A DNA stretch of 60,749 bases, filler included, from an uncultured bacterium (GTDB taxonomy: Bacteria; CAYJOG01): assembly GCA_964371695.1 (NCBI GenBank). It is 8 parts of 8 records of this genome, joined end to end, with 100 filler letters (N's around TTAATTAATTAA, not from the genome) between each part and the next. Parts side by side here need not be neighbours in the genome. Positions count along the whole stretch, not along the records: positions 15,283 to 22,829 come from CAYJOG010000128.1; positions 22,930 to 30,454 come from CAYJOG010000129.1; 6 more parts are not named here. One strand, 5' to 3'. The notes below the pieces were generated by a model, which saw nothing but the letters and a program-made list of their open reading frames with translations, had not been told where the DNA came from and did no database searches. Within the stretch, counting starts at the first letter, position 1, and the number at the start of each line of letters is the position of its first letter. A program made the position numbers and the translations under genes. Below are positions 19,928 to 30,199 of this stretch, one piece after another.

Positions 19928-20989
19928 ATGGCCGCACCCTGTCTGGACCTGAAAGGCATCGAAAAAAACTTTGGCGCTTTTCAGGCGCTCAGGGACATTC
20001 ACCTCACGGTGGAGCAGGGTGAGTTTTTGTGCCTGCTGGGGCCTTCGGGTTGCGGCAAAACCACGCTGCTGCGCATTATTTCGGGCCTGGAGCAGCCCAC
20101 CGCCGGTGTGCTGGCGCATCAGGGGCGCGACATCACCCGCCTGCCGCCCCCCGCCAGAGGCTTTGGCATCGTGTTCCAGTCCTACGCGCTTTTCCCCAAC
20201 CTCACGGCCATCCAGAACGTGGCCTATGGCCTGTATGTCAAACCCGGCTCGAAAGAACAAAAACGCGAGCGCGCCCTGGCCTGTCTGCGGCTGGTGGGTC
20301 TGGAACACGCGGCGGACAAACACCCGGCCCAGCTTTCCGGCGGTCAGCAGCAGCGGGTGGCCCTGGCCCGCGCCCTGGCGCCGGAGCCTGCCCTGCTGCT
20401 GTTGGATGAGCCTCTGAGCGCACTCGACGCCAAGGTGCGCCAGTCGCTGCGCGAACAGTTGCGCCACCTGCAAAAAAGCCTGGGCGTGACCACCGTGATG
20501 GTGACCCACGATCAGGAGGAAGCCCTGGGGCTTTCGGACCGCGTCGCCGTGATGGACCACGGTGTGCTGGTGCAGGTGGACACCCCCACGGCGCTTTATG
20601 ACGCCCCCAAAAATCTGTTTGTGGCCGATTTTGTGGGGGCCATGAACTTTTTGAAGGCCACCAGCAACGGCGGGGGCCATTACACCCTGGGCACAGAAAA
20701 TCTTCAGGCTGCCAGTGACCTGCCCAGCGGTCAGGCCGTCACGCTGGCCATCCGCCCCCAATTGGTGCAACTGGGCGCGCCGACGGGGCCAAACACCCTG
20801 AGCGCCACCGTGGCCGACGCGGAATATCGGGGCAGCGGCTGGCGGGTGCGACTGGTGCTGGGGCAGGGGCAATCGCTGGCCATCGACATCGGCGAAACCC
20901 GCACCAGCCCCGAACTGCATCAGGAAGGGGCCACCGTGAAAATCACACTGCCCCCCGAAGACCTGCGGGTGTTCGCCGAAACACCATGA
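19928..20989 (+). CDS. ABC transporter ATP-binding subunit
   Basis: GPSGCGKTT, LSGGQQQRVALARAL and LLLDEP motifs; TOBE-like tail. Confidence 0.95.
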   Translation: MAAPCLDLKGIEKNFGAFQALRDIHLTVEQGEFLCLLGPSGCGKTTLLRIISGLEQPTAGVLAHQGRDITRLPPPARGFGIVFQSYALFPNLTAIQNVAYGLYVKPGSKEQKRERALACLRLVGLEHAADKHPAQLSGGQQQRVALARALAPEPALLLLDEPLSALDAKVRQSLREQLRHLQKSLGVTTVMVTHDQEEALGLSDRVAVMDHGVLVQVDTPTALYDAPKNLFVADFVGAMNFLKATSNGGGHYTLGTENLQAASDLPSGQAVTLAIRPQLVQLGAPTGPNTLSATVADAEYRGSGWRVRLVLGQGQSLAIDIGETRTSPELHQEGATVKITLPPEDLRVFAETP

Positions 20990-22699
20990 GCCCCGCTGTG
21001 CGCAAACTCCCCGGCAACCAAAGCGCCCTGGTGCGCGCCGGTCTGCTGGTGGTGGTTTTTGCCCTGCTGCTGGTGATGGTGCTGCTGCCGCTGTGGCAGG
21101 TGGTGGTCAAAAGCACACAGGGCCTGGACGGCCAGTTTGTGGGGTTGTCGAACTTCGCCGCCTATGCCCGCTCACCGGCGCTGTTCGCCTCGCTTTTCAA
21201 CAGCCTGTGGCTCTCTGCGGTTTCTGCTGTGCTGGCGGTGGGCCTGGGGTTTGTGTATGCCTATGCGCTCACCCGCGCCCGGCTGCCCGCACCGGGTTTC
21301 TGGCGGGGCGTGGCCATGGCCCCGCTGTTTGGCCCCACGCTCTTGCACGGCATTTGTCTGGTGGCGCTGTTTGGCAACCAGGGCGTGGCCACCCGCGCCG
21401 GACTCACCCTGCCGCTCTATGGCCCTCTGGGCATTGTGCTGGTGGAGTTCCTCTACACCTTTCCCCAGGCGGTGCTGCTCATTTCCACGGCCCTGCGCCT
21501 CACCGACGGACGCCTTTATGAAGCCAGCGGCATGTTGGGGGCGGGGCCTTGGCGGCAGTTTGTCACGGTGACGCTGCCCGGTGTGCGTTATGGCCTGATG
21601 GGCGCGGGCGTGGTGTGTTTCACACTGGCCTTCACCGACTTTGGCGGCCCCAAGGTGGTGGGGGGCAACACCCCGGTGCTGGCCACGGAAATCTACAAAC
21701 AGGTCATTGGCCAACAGAACTTCAACATGGGGGCCACGGTGAGCGTGGTGCTGCTTTTGCCCGCCCTGGGGGCGTTTTTTCTGGATCAATGGGCGCAGAA
21801 AAAACAGTCCGCCGCCATGACCCCCGGCGCGGTGGCCCTGGCTCCCAAACCCCACAAGCTGCGCGACGGTCTGCTGCTGCTGTTCTGCGGGCTGGTGGCG
21901 TTGTCTCTGCTGGGTGTGCTGCTGGCGGGGCTGCTGGTGTCGCTGGCCAAAAGCTGGCCCTACGATCTTTCCCCCACGCTCAGGCACTACACCTTTCAGG
22001 NNNNNNNNNNCCTTTCAGGGGCAGTCCGGCGGTTACAACGCATTTTTCAACAGCATCCGCATGTCAGCCCTCACAGCAGTGGCGGGCACGATCCTTGTTT
22101 TTGGCGGGGCCTATCTCATCGAAAAAGGTCGGGGATTTGGCCTTCTCAAAAAACTCGCCTATGGCGTGGGGCTGATTCCCCTGGCGCTGCCGGGTCTGGT
22201 GCTGGGGCTGGCCTACATCCTGTTTTTCAACAGCCAGAAACTGCCGCTGCCGGGTTTGTCGTTTTTGCCCAATCCCTTTACGGGGCTTTATGGCGGCATG
22301 GCGCTGCTGGTGCTGTGCAACATCGCCCACTTTTACACCGTGGCGTTTTTCACCTGCACCACGGCCCTCAAACAACTGGACAACGCCTATGAGGCGGCGG
22401 CGGAATCATTGGGGGTGCCGTTCTGGGTCACCTTCTGGCGGGTGAGTCTGCCGCTGTCGTGGCCCGCTCTGGTGGAGACCGCGCTCTATTTTTTCACCAG
22501 CGCGCTCACCACGGTGTCGGCGGTGATTTTCCTGGTGAGTCCGGCCCTGGTGCTGGCCTCGGTGAGCGTGGTGAAGATGGAAGACGCGGGCGACCGACAG
22601 GCCGCCGCCGCCATGTGCCTGCTCATCACGCTGGTCAACGCCGTGGTGCGCCTGCTGAGCAGCCTGTTCTCGCGCAAACGCCGCACCGCCGGGGCGTAA
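20986..22699 (+). CDS. ABC transporter permease (two fused TM modules; spans the N gap at 22001-22010)
   Basis: Two EAA loops (LYEASGMLGA, YEAAAESLGV). CCTTTCAGG is duplicated on both sides of the gap, and merging the copies restores one frame. Confidence 0.9.
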
Positions 22700-22929
22700 A
22701 GACAGGAAGTCGGCGGCTGGGTGTCGGCACAAAGTCAGCGGTTACTACAGGCGTCTTGTCCATCGCTGCTCACTTTAGGGGTTGGATTTCACATGGTCTT
22801 GGCGGGAGGGACATCTTTTGCCCTCTCCCNNNNNNNNNNNNNNNNNNNNNNNNNNNNNNNNNNNNNNNNNNNNTTAATTAATTAANNNNNNNNNNNNNNN
22901 NNNNNNNNNNNNNNNNNNNNNNNNNNNNN

Positions 22930-23987
22930 ACAGTTCGTTTCTGGCGGCGGCCAGGGCGCGGGGCTGGAAGGGCGACGTGTTCAACAACTTCCGCACCGGC
23001 TGCATCGGCAGCGGTTTTTGCATGGTGGGGTGTCATTACGACGCCAAACGGGGCGTGATGCTCAACCTGTTGCCCAAAGCCGTGTCGCTGGGGGCAGAGA
23101 TTCTCACCGGCGCGCTGGTGGACAGGGTTCTGCTGGAAAAAGGCGCGGCAAAAGGGGTGGAGGGTGTGCTGCTGGAGCCGGGCACGCCCCGCGAGCCGGG
23201 CGGACGGTTTGTGGTGAAGGCCCCCCGCGTGATCGTGAGCGCGGGCACCATTCATTCGCCGGGTGTGCTGTACCGGTCGGGCGTGAAACACCCGGCGCTG
23301 GGGCAGAACCTGACCCTGCAACCCCACCTGCCCATCTTTGGCCATTACAAAGAAGAAATGAAAAGTTACCGGGGCGTTCCCCAGTCGGTGTTTATCAGCG
23401 AGTTTGACATCGAAGACCCCGACACCGGCCTGGGGGGATACCGCCTGGAGCCGGTGTTCAGCCACCCCGGCATGATGGCCAGCAGCATTCCCTTTCACGG
23501 CCAGGAACACCAGAACCTGATGAACCTGTTCAACCACATGGGCATGACGCTGCTGCTGATGCCCGACCGCCCCACGGGCTACATCACCTTCAAGGGCCGC
23601 CGCAGCGTGATTCATTACACCTGCCGACCCGACGTGCTGGAGCGCGCCCGCAAGGCCGTGGTGAGCGCCTCGCAACTGCATTTCGACGCGGGTGCCCTGG
23701 CGGTGTATCTGCCCGTCAAGGGGCGTTACACACGGATTGAGTCCCTCAAGGCCGTTGAAAGCGCCCTGCCGGAAATGGCCCTGCCCAGGCTCATCAGCCC
23801 CCACCCCCAGGGCACCTGCCGCATGGGCAAAGACCCGGCGACAACGGTGCTGGACCTGAAAGGTCAGGTGCGCGGCGCAAAAAACCTGTGGGTAATGGAC
23901 GGCTCGGTGTTCCCCAGCACCGCCTCGCACCACATCACCATCCCCATCGTCTCCACCAGTTCCCATCTGGCCAAACAGGTGGAGTGA
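22930..23987 (+). CDS. GMC-family oxidoreductase (5' truncated)
   Basis: GCIGSGFCMVGCHYDAK, VIVSAGTIHSP, HPQGTCRMG and VMDGSVFP. Confidence 0.88.
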
Positions 23988-24051
23988 CCACGGGAACCCA
24001 ACACGCCTGAATCCCTTGGCTTAATACTGACCATTCGACCACAATACCCCC

Positions 24052-24612
24052 ATGCCCACCGCCCTGGTGCCTTTGGTGAATGGTTTTGAAGAAATCGAAG
24101 CGGTGGCGGTGGTGGATGTGTTGCGCCGGGCGGGTGTGGACGTGACCACGGCGGCGGCCGGGCCAGTGCAAACCACCGACAGTCTTGAGCGCACCGGCTC
24201 CCACCACATCACCCTGCAATGCGACCTGCCGTGGGAAAAAGCCCGGCGCGGAAAACATGACCTGCTGGTGTTGCCCGGCGGCCCCGGCACGCCCTTGCTG
24301 GCCCAGACCCCCCACCTGCTGGAACTGGCCGCAGCCCAGGCGGCGGCGGGGCGGTGGGTGGGGGCCATCTGCGCCGCGCCTTCGGTGCTGGCAGGGGCGG
24401 GTTTGCTGAATCAGCGCCGGGCCACCTGTCATCCTTCGGTGAAAGACCAAATGACCGGCGCGCTTTGGGTGGACAACCCCGTGGTGGTGGACGCGCCCTT
24501 TCTCACCGCAAACGGCCCCGGCGCGGCCATGGCCTTTGCCCTGGCCCTCACCGAAGTGCTGCTGGGCTCAGAAACCATGCGCACGGTGGCCCGCGCCATG
24601 ATGGTGAGATAA
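24052..24612 (+). CDS. DJ-1/PfpI (YajL-like) protein
   Basis: GFEEIEAV..VDVLRRAG, LPGG, AICAAP nucleophile Cys and TANGPG. Confidence 0.93.
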   Translation: MPTALVPLVNGFEEIEAVAVVDVLRRAGVDVTTAAAGPVQTTDSLERTGSHHITLQCDLPWEKARRGKHDLLVLPGGPGTPLLAQTPHLLELAAAQAAAGRWVGAICAAPSVLAGAGLLNQRRATCHPSVKDQMTGALWVDNPVVVDAPFLTANGPGAAMAFALALTEVLLGSETMRTVARAMMVR

Positions 24613-24621
24613 ACTCCCTTC

Positions 24622-25365
24622 GTGTCATCTGGCCTGTTGCTGAAAAAATGCCGGGGTTCCCTCCATGGCCTGTGCGCTCTGGCGCTGCTGCTGGCGCTTC
24701 ACGGCGCGCCCGCCCTGGCGCTCACGCGGTTTGAAAGCCCCGCCCGCTGGCAGGTGTATCAGGACCTCGTGGGTTTCCGCAAACAACTGGGCGTGGCGCC
24801 GGAGTGTGTGTTGCTCAGCCCCCGCCACAGTTACACCGCCGGGGCCTGGGGCTTCACCCTGCTCAACGGCCCGGACAAAGCCTGCCGCCTTTATGGCGCG
24901 CCGGGCAAACCCTTTGGCACGGCCGCAGTGGACCGCCGCAGCTTCGCCGTGAGTTTTGACGGATTTTTTGCCCGGCTGAAACCCAGCGAGGTGGTGTCGC
25001 CCGACGTGGTGCGCCTGCCCGCCGCCTGGAGCCACCCCACCCTCAACACCTGGGCTGGCCTGGGGGCGCGGGTGCTGGCGGTGGAACTCACCGAGAACCA
25101 GCTCAAGAAGGTGTTTCACGTGGCCCTGCCCCCCGGTGTGACGCTGATGAGCGCCGAGCGCATGGTCCAGGTGGCCGCCACCGTGTGCCGCAGCAATGCG
25201 GGCTGGAACTATGACGTGGTGGACACCGCCACCGGCGACATGGCCACGGTGCGCTGCCACGCGAGCGGCGCGCTTTATGTCAGCACCCTGCACAATCTGG
25301 TTTACGCCCCCGCCCCCGGCACGGTGGAGGGCGTTCAGGACTGGGACGGCCGCACAGAATATTGA
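24622..25365 (+). CDS. Hypothetical exported protein
   Basis: Signal-peptide-like N-terminus; GC3-biased codons; start uncertain. Confidence 0.6.
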   Translation: MSSGLLLKKCRGSLHGLCALALLLALHGAPALALTRFESPARWQVYQDLVGFRKQLGVAPECVLLSPRHSYTAGAWGFTLLNGPDKACRLYGAPGKPFGTAAVDRRSFAVSFDGFFARLKPSEVVSPDVVRLPAAWSHPTLNTWAGLGARVLAVELTENQLKKVFHVALPPGVTLMSAERMVQVAATVCRSNAGWNYDVVDTATGDMATVRCHASGALYVSTLHNLVYAPAPGTVEGVQDWDGRTEY

Positions 25366-25370
25366 CCGAC

Positions 25371-25718
25371 ATGAAAAAAACTGCGTTTCTGAAGTTTGTC
25401 TCCCATTTTCTTCCCTACGCCCTCACGTTGGGTGTATTTGCGCTCCAACGGGGCAAAAACGCACCTGACTCTGACTGGATTTTCATCGTTGTCATGGCCG
25501 CTGTTTCCCTGTGCTTGAGCCTTTGGGCTGGCAGCGATGCGAAGAAAAGGGAGCAGCTTGAAAAAGAAGTCAAATCCCTGGACGGCGCAGTTGTCAAAGC
25601 CGGTTATGAAAAAGTCATTGCTGGATTTCAGGGGCTTGACTTGGCGGATCCTCAGGCTCCGGCTATAATCAAGACCCTGGATGGCCTGTGGGCCGTCATC
25701 AAAAGGCGGGACCAATGA
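25371..25718 (+). CDS. Small two-TM hypothetical protein
   Basis: Two hydrophobic helices and a charged tail; ATGA overlap with the next ORF. Confidence 0.6.
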   Translation: MKKTAFLKFVSHFLPYALTLGVFALQRGKNAPDSDWIFIVVMAAVSLCLSLWAGSDAKKREQLEKEVKSLDGAVVKAGYEKVIAGFQGLDLADPQAPAIIKTLDGLWAVIKRRDQ

Positions 25719-25992
25719 AAATCTATTACACCACGCCGTTTGAAAAAAGCTTGGCCCACCTTGGTGACGCTGGCCGGGGTTCCATCGCCGAGTTCATCAA
25801 ACAGCTTGAGTACCGCGATTTTGAGACGGCGGATGAGCTTGCCCTGCGCATTGAAAAAACCTTCAAGGTAGACGACCAGAAGGACGTGTGGGGGACATTG
25901 CTGAATGGAGCCATCGTCTTTTTTCGGGTGCAAAGATTTCCAGAAGGCGTGGCCTGTGTTTTTTTAACCACCACCATCGCGCCCGAATACGC
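25715..25992 (+). CDS. Small protein with RelE/ParE-like N-terminus (end lost in N gap)
   Basis: MKIYYTTPFEKSLAHL...IAEFIKQL strand-helix-helix pattern; about 92 aa visible. Confidence 0.45.
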
Positions 25993-26002
25993 NNNNNNNN
26001 NN

Positions 26003-27292
26003 TCCGGTCTGTTGTCGTTGCCTTCTCCAGAATCCGTCATTCTCGTCGGTTGCCAGACAGCCGATCAGTCTCCTTATGAACTGGCCGACCGGCTGGCCGA
26101 GCTGGAACGCCTGTTGGGCACACTGGGGGTGACCGTGGCCGACACGCTGGTGCAGCGGCGGCCCAAGGTAGACCCGGTGAGTGTCATCGGCAAAGGCAAG
26201 GTCACCGAGCTGGAGGCCCTGGTGGCGGCCACCGAAGTGCAGGGGGTGGTGTTTGACCGCCTGCTTTCACCCGCCCAGGTGCGGCATCTGGAAAAAGCCC
26301 TGAACGTGAAGGTGCTGGACCGCACCGGTGTGATTCTGGACATCTTCGCCCAGCACGCCCGCACCCGCGAGGCCGCCGTGGCGGTGGAACTGGCCCAGTT
26401 GCGTTATCTGCTGCCGCGCCTCACGGGTTTGTGGTCGCACTTCAGCGAGCAGTTTGGCGGCCTGGGCACCCGCGGCCCCGGCGAAACCCAGTTGGAAACC
26501 GACAAACGCCTCATCCGCCTGCGCATTCACCGGCTGGAAGAAAAACTCAAGGACATTGACCGCGCCCGCAAAACCCGCGCCATTGAGCCACGGGATTTCC
26601 CCATCGTGGCGGTGGTGGGTTACACCAACGCGGGCAAAAGCAGCCTGCTGCGCGCCCTGAGCGGCCGCGACGTACACGTGAAAGACGAACTCTTCAGCAC
26701 GCTGGACACCCTGAGCCGCCGCGTGAATCTCTCGCCCCGCCACTGGGCGGTGTTCACCGACACGGTGGGTTTCATAGACCAGTTGCCCACCCAGTTGGTG
26801 CCCAGCTTCAAGAGCACCCTGGCCTCGGCGGCAGAGGCGGACCTGGTGCTGCACGTGCTCGACGCCAGCGACGAACGGGCAGAGGCCCGTCAGGCTGTGA
26901 CAGAGAGCATTCTCAAGGACGTGGGCGTGGACACGGCGCGGCTGGTGCTGGTGCGCAACAAGGCCGACACCCTGGCCGAGCCGCCGCCGGCGTGGTCTTT
27001 GAACCCCGACAACGAAGTGCTGGTGAGCGCCCTCACGGGCCAAGGCCTGGACACCCTGCGCACGCTGGTGGAGCAGAAACTTTTTGGCGGCCTGGGGCGA
27101 TACACCGTGTTGCTGCAACCTGATGAAGCCAGCCACCTGGGGCCCCTGGGGCGCATCGGCAACGTGCTGAAGGTGCAGGGCACCGAGGCCGGGGGATATG
27201 AACTGTTGGTGGAAGAAAAAGCAGGCGACCGCGTGGCCCGTTATCTGGCCGAGAAAAAACTCACGCTGCTGGCGGGCAAAACGGAGGAATGA
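26003..27292 (+). CDS. hflX: GTPase HflX
   Basis: IGKGK, DRTGVILDIFAQHART, RGPGETQLETD, VGYTNAGKSS, LFSTLD, DTVGFI and NKAD. Confidence 0.95.
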   Translation, partial: SGLLSLPSPESVILVGCQTADQSPYELADRLAELERLLGTLGVTVADTLVQRRPKVDPVSVIGKGKVTELEALVAATEVQGVVFDRLLSPAQVRHLEKALNVKVLDRTGVILDIFAQHARTREAAVAVELAQLRYLLPRLTGLWSHFSEQFGGLGTRGPGETQLETDKRLIRLRIHRLEEKLKDIDRARKTRAIEPRDFPIVAVVGYTNAGKSSLLRALSGRDVHVKDELFSTLDTLSRRVNLSPRHWAVFTDTVGFIDQLPTQLVPSFKSTLASAAEADLVLHVLDASDERAEARQAVTESILKDVGVDTARLVLVRNKADTLAEPPPAWSLNPDNEVLVSALTGQGLDTLRTLVEQKLFGGLGRYTVLLQPDEASHLGPLGRIGNVLKVQGTEAGGYELLVEEKAGDRVARYLAEKKLTLLAGKTEE

Positions 27293-27335
27293 CGGCGGGG
27301 GGGGGCAGGGCAGTTTCTTTTACCAACTCCCGTTT

Positions 27336-27631
27336 TAGAGCAAATTCATAGTAAATTAAGACAAGAAAGGGCACTTGGCCGCGAGGCAAAAAGAGCCAGC
27401 CCTGCTTATATTTTCTGGTTCGCCGGTTTCATCCGTGAAACCTTGCGAACAACGCCGCACGGCTCAGCCCGACCCAAAAAAGGTTGCATTGAGCGAATAT
27501 ATTTGTTGGAACAAGCCTTTCTGCAAGCCCCCACCGTGCTTCACCGGCGGCGGAAACGGCCATCCCTGGCCTCTGGCCACGGGTGTCGCCACCATTGGCG
27601 GGTGGTCTACATCGACTTCGAAAATGCTCTA
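27336..27631. mobile_element. MITE-like element with TA ends, containing copy 2 of the dispersed repeat
   Basis: Imperfect terminal inverted repeats TAGAGCAAATTCATAGT / TAGAGCATTTTCGAAGT (13/17); the right TA is within the TAG stop of the M16 gene. Confidence 0.5.
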
Positions 27632-30199
27632 GGGTGTCACCCACAGCACCACGGGGTTTTTGAGGGTTTCACGGGCCACGCGCTCAACGTCGCCGGAGGT
27701 GACCGCCGAGATGGCCGCGCCCACGCGCTGGTCATAATCCGCCCCCAGGCCCAACAGGTCGTCTATGGCGGCGGCGCGGGCCTGATCGGGCAGCGCCATC
27801 TGCCCCTGTCGGCGCAGGGCCAGCAGGGTTTCCTTGACTTCTTTCAGGCGGTCTTCAGCCAGGGGGGTGGTTTTGAGATTTTCCAGCTCGCCGGTCAGGA
27901 TTTTTTCAAGGAGTTTCTTTTTGGCCGGTGTGGTGTGAAACACCATGAGCAGCGCTCCCTGACCCAGGGCCGGTTGCACTTCGGCCTGGGCCATGTCCGC
28001 CGCCTGGGGGGTGGCCGACACGAGTTTTTCCTGCAACAGACCCTCTACGCCGCCCACGCCCCCCAGGTGGGCCGCCAGCACACTCACTGCCGCGAGGTCT
28101 TTGTGGGCCAGCCCCGGCGAGAGAAAACCCAGGCCGTGGATGACGTGCCCCGCCGGGCCTTCCATGGGCCAGGGGGTTTCTTCGTTGCGGGTTTCGGCAG
28201 CGGGGGCCAGGGGCGCGGCGGGGCCGGGAGGCAGTTTGCCCAGCGAGTTTTCCAGAATGGGCAGCAGGGTGCGGGTGTCTACGTCGCCATACACCGCCGC
28301 CAGCATGTTGCCCGCCACCAGATGTTTGCGGGCGGCCTCACGCAGTTTGGCTGTGTCAAGATTTTTCAGGGACTCTGCCGCGCCGGAAATATCGAGGCGG
28401 AAGGGGTGCTCGCGCCACAAATGCGCCCGCAGGGTTTTCATGGCCATCACACGCCAGTCGTTTTCCTGGGCTTTGCGTTCGTCGTTCAGTTCTTCGCGGG
28501 CGGCGGTTATGGTGGCGGCGCCCAGGGCCGGTTCCTGCACCAGTTCTCGCAACAGCGCAAGCGCCTCGGGCAGGTCGTCTTTCACCACCGTCAGCGAAAG
28601 CCCCAGGGCGTGGTGGCCGCTGCTGGTTTCCAGTTGCGCACCCAGGCGCGTGAGGGTCTGGCGGATCGCTTCTTCATCGTGTTTGGCGCTGCCCCTGGCC
28701 AGGGTGCGGCTCAACAGGCGAAACAAGCCGCTGGTGGCGGGTGTTTCGTGAGACAGACCGCCCCGCGCAAACAGGTGCAGGCTCACCACCTGGGCGCCGG
28801 GGGTGGGGCGCACCAGCACCTTCAGGCCGTTTTTGAGTTTTTCCACCAGCACCGGCGAGGGGTCTGGCCGGGTTTCCGGCTCCAGCAGATTTTTGCCGGG
28901 GCGCTGCATCACCAGGGTCTGGCGGCGGGCCAGCAGGTAGCGGTCCACCACGCGGGCGATGTCCTGCGCGCTCACCATTTCCACGCCCCGGCGGAAGACC
29001 TCTTCAAAGGCCGGGTCGCCGGTGCGCAGATAGTCGTTGCCCACGCGGTCGGTGATGGCGGCGGCCTCCATCTGCGACAGGGCCAGTTGCGAAATCAACT
29101 GCCGCTTGGCCCCTTTGAGCACCTCGGCGCTGATCTGGCCCTGCTTGAGTTTGCCCAACTGGCCATACACCTTGGCCAGAAACGCATCGGTGCTGTCGCC
29201 CGCAAGCTCGGCGCTGAGCACCAGAGCGCTCACCCCCTGGGCGGGCATGAGGTGATGGGTGTTGACCCGCACGATGGCGGGCAGCACCTGACTGCCCAGC
29301 AGCCCCTGTTGGCTGTTGCTCAACAGGGCGGTGAGTACCTCCAGGGCAAAGGCGTCAGAGCCTTCTTCGTCGCTGCCGCTGGTGTGCCAGCCCAGCAGCA
29401 GGCGGCTGCCGGGGGCGGTGGTGATGAGTTCCAGATTGCGGGGGCTGAAGGGGCGCGGCTCGCGGGGAACCAGCGTGGGAGGCTCGGCCCGGCCCGTGGC
29501 GGCGCCAAAAGTGGCGCGGGCTGTGGCTGCCCAGCGGCTGAGGCCCCCAGAAAAATCTCCCGCCGCCACCACCACCGTGCGGCTGGGCACATAGTGCCGC
29601 TTGTAATGGCCAATCAGGGCGATGGTGTCCAGGCTCTTGAGAGGCTCCAGCGCCCCCATCACGGGATAACGCACCGGATGGGTCTGGAACAGCGTCTTGT
29701 AAAAAAGGTCCTGCAGGCGTGCGTCTTCGTTGGTGGTCATGGCCGTGAGTTCCCCGGCGATGGACTGCACCGCTCCCGCGACTTCATCCGGTTTCAGGCG
29801 CGAGGCGAACAACCATTGCGACAGCAGGGCAAAGGCGGTCTGGCCGTGCTCGGCGGGGGTGAGCATGTGAAAAACCGTGGCGTTTTTGGTGGTGTAGCTG
29901 TCGGTCACCGCCCCGGCGGCCCGCAGTTTTTTGAGCATGTCGGCGGCGGTTTCGTGCTCGGTGCTGCCCCCCAGCACCACACGCTCCAGCACATAACTGA
30001 TGCCCGTGCCCAGATATTCCCCCTCGTTGGCGCTGCCGCTGCGCACAAAAGCCCGCAGGCTGAGGGCAGGCGCGCCGGGCACGTGGCGGAAGATCACCAC
30101 CAGGCCGTTGTCCAAGTGGGTGAGCCAGGTGTTGTGGTTCACACGCCCCGGCTCGGTCTGGGCGCTTGCGGGCAGGGCCAGACAAAACAGCCCAAGCAT
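27629..30199 (-). CDS. M16 (pitrilysin)-family protein, exported, lacking zinc ligands; start uncertain
   Basis: Two LxNGL-initiated M16 halves; the HxxEH position reads YVLER; signal peptide ending ALPASA. Confidence 0.85.
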   Translation of the reverse strand: MLGLFCLALPASAQTEPGRVNHNTWLTHLDNGLVVIFRHVPGAPALSLRAFVRSGSANEGEYLGTGISYVLERVVLGGSTEHETAADMLKKLRAAGAVTDSYTTKNATVFHMLTPAEHGQTAFALLSQWLFASRLKPDEVAGAVQSIAGELTAMTTNEDARLQDLFYKTLFQTHPVRYPVMGALEPLKSLDTIALIGHYKRHYVPSRTVVVAAGDFSGGLSRWAATARATFGAATGRAEPPTLVPREPRPFSPRNLELITTAPGSRLLLGWHTSGSDEEGSDAFALEVLTALLSNSQQGLLGSQVLPAIVRVNTHHLMPAQGVSALVLSAELAGDSTDAFLAKVYGQLGKLKQGQISAEVLKGAKRQLISQLALSQMEAAAITDRVGNDYLRTGDPAFEEVFRRGVEMVSAQDIARVVDRYLLARRQTLVMQRPGKNLLEPETRPDPSPVLVEKLKNGLKVLVRPTPGAQVVSLHLFARGGLSHETPATSGLFRLLSRTLARGSAKHDEEAIRQTLTRLGAQLETSSGHHALGLSLTVVKDDLPEALALLRELVQEPALGAATITAAREELNDERKAQENDWRVMAMKTLRAHLWREHPFRLDISGAAESLKNLDTAKLREAARKHLVAGNMLAAVYGDVDTRTLLPILENSLGKLPPGPAAPLAPAAETRNEETPWPMEGPAGHVIHGLGFLSPGLAHKDLAAVSVLAAHLGGVGGVEGLLQEKLVSATPQAADMAQAEVQPALGQGALLMVFHTTPAKKKLLEKILTGELENLKTTPLAEDRLKEVKETLLALRRQGQMALPDQARAAAIDDLLGLGADYDQRVGAAISAVTSGDVERVARETLKNPVVLWVTP

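Noticed and set aside
21991-22020. Apparent frameshift or pseudogene in the ABC permease
   Set aside because: CCTTTCAGG is duplicated across a 10-N scaffold gap, and collapsing it gives one intact frame.
25688-27292. 534-aa N-terminally extended HflX in the ORF track
   Set aside because: The fusion depends on the arbitrary length of an N gap, so it is treated as two genes until the gap is closed.
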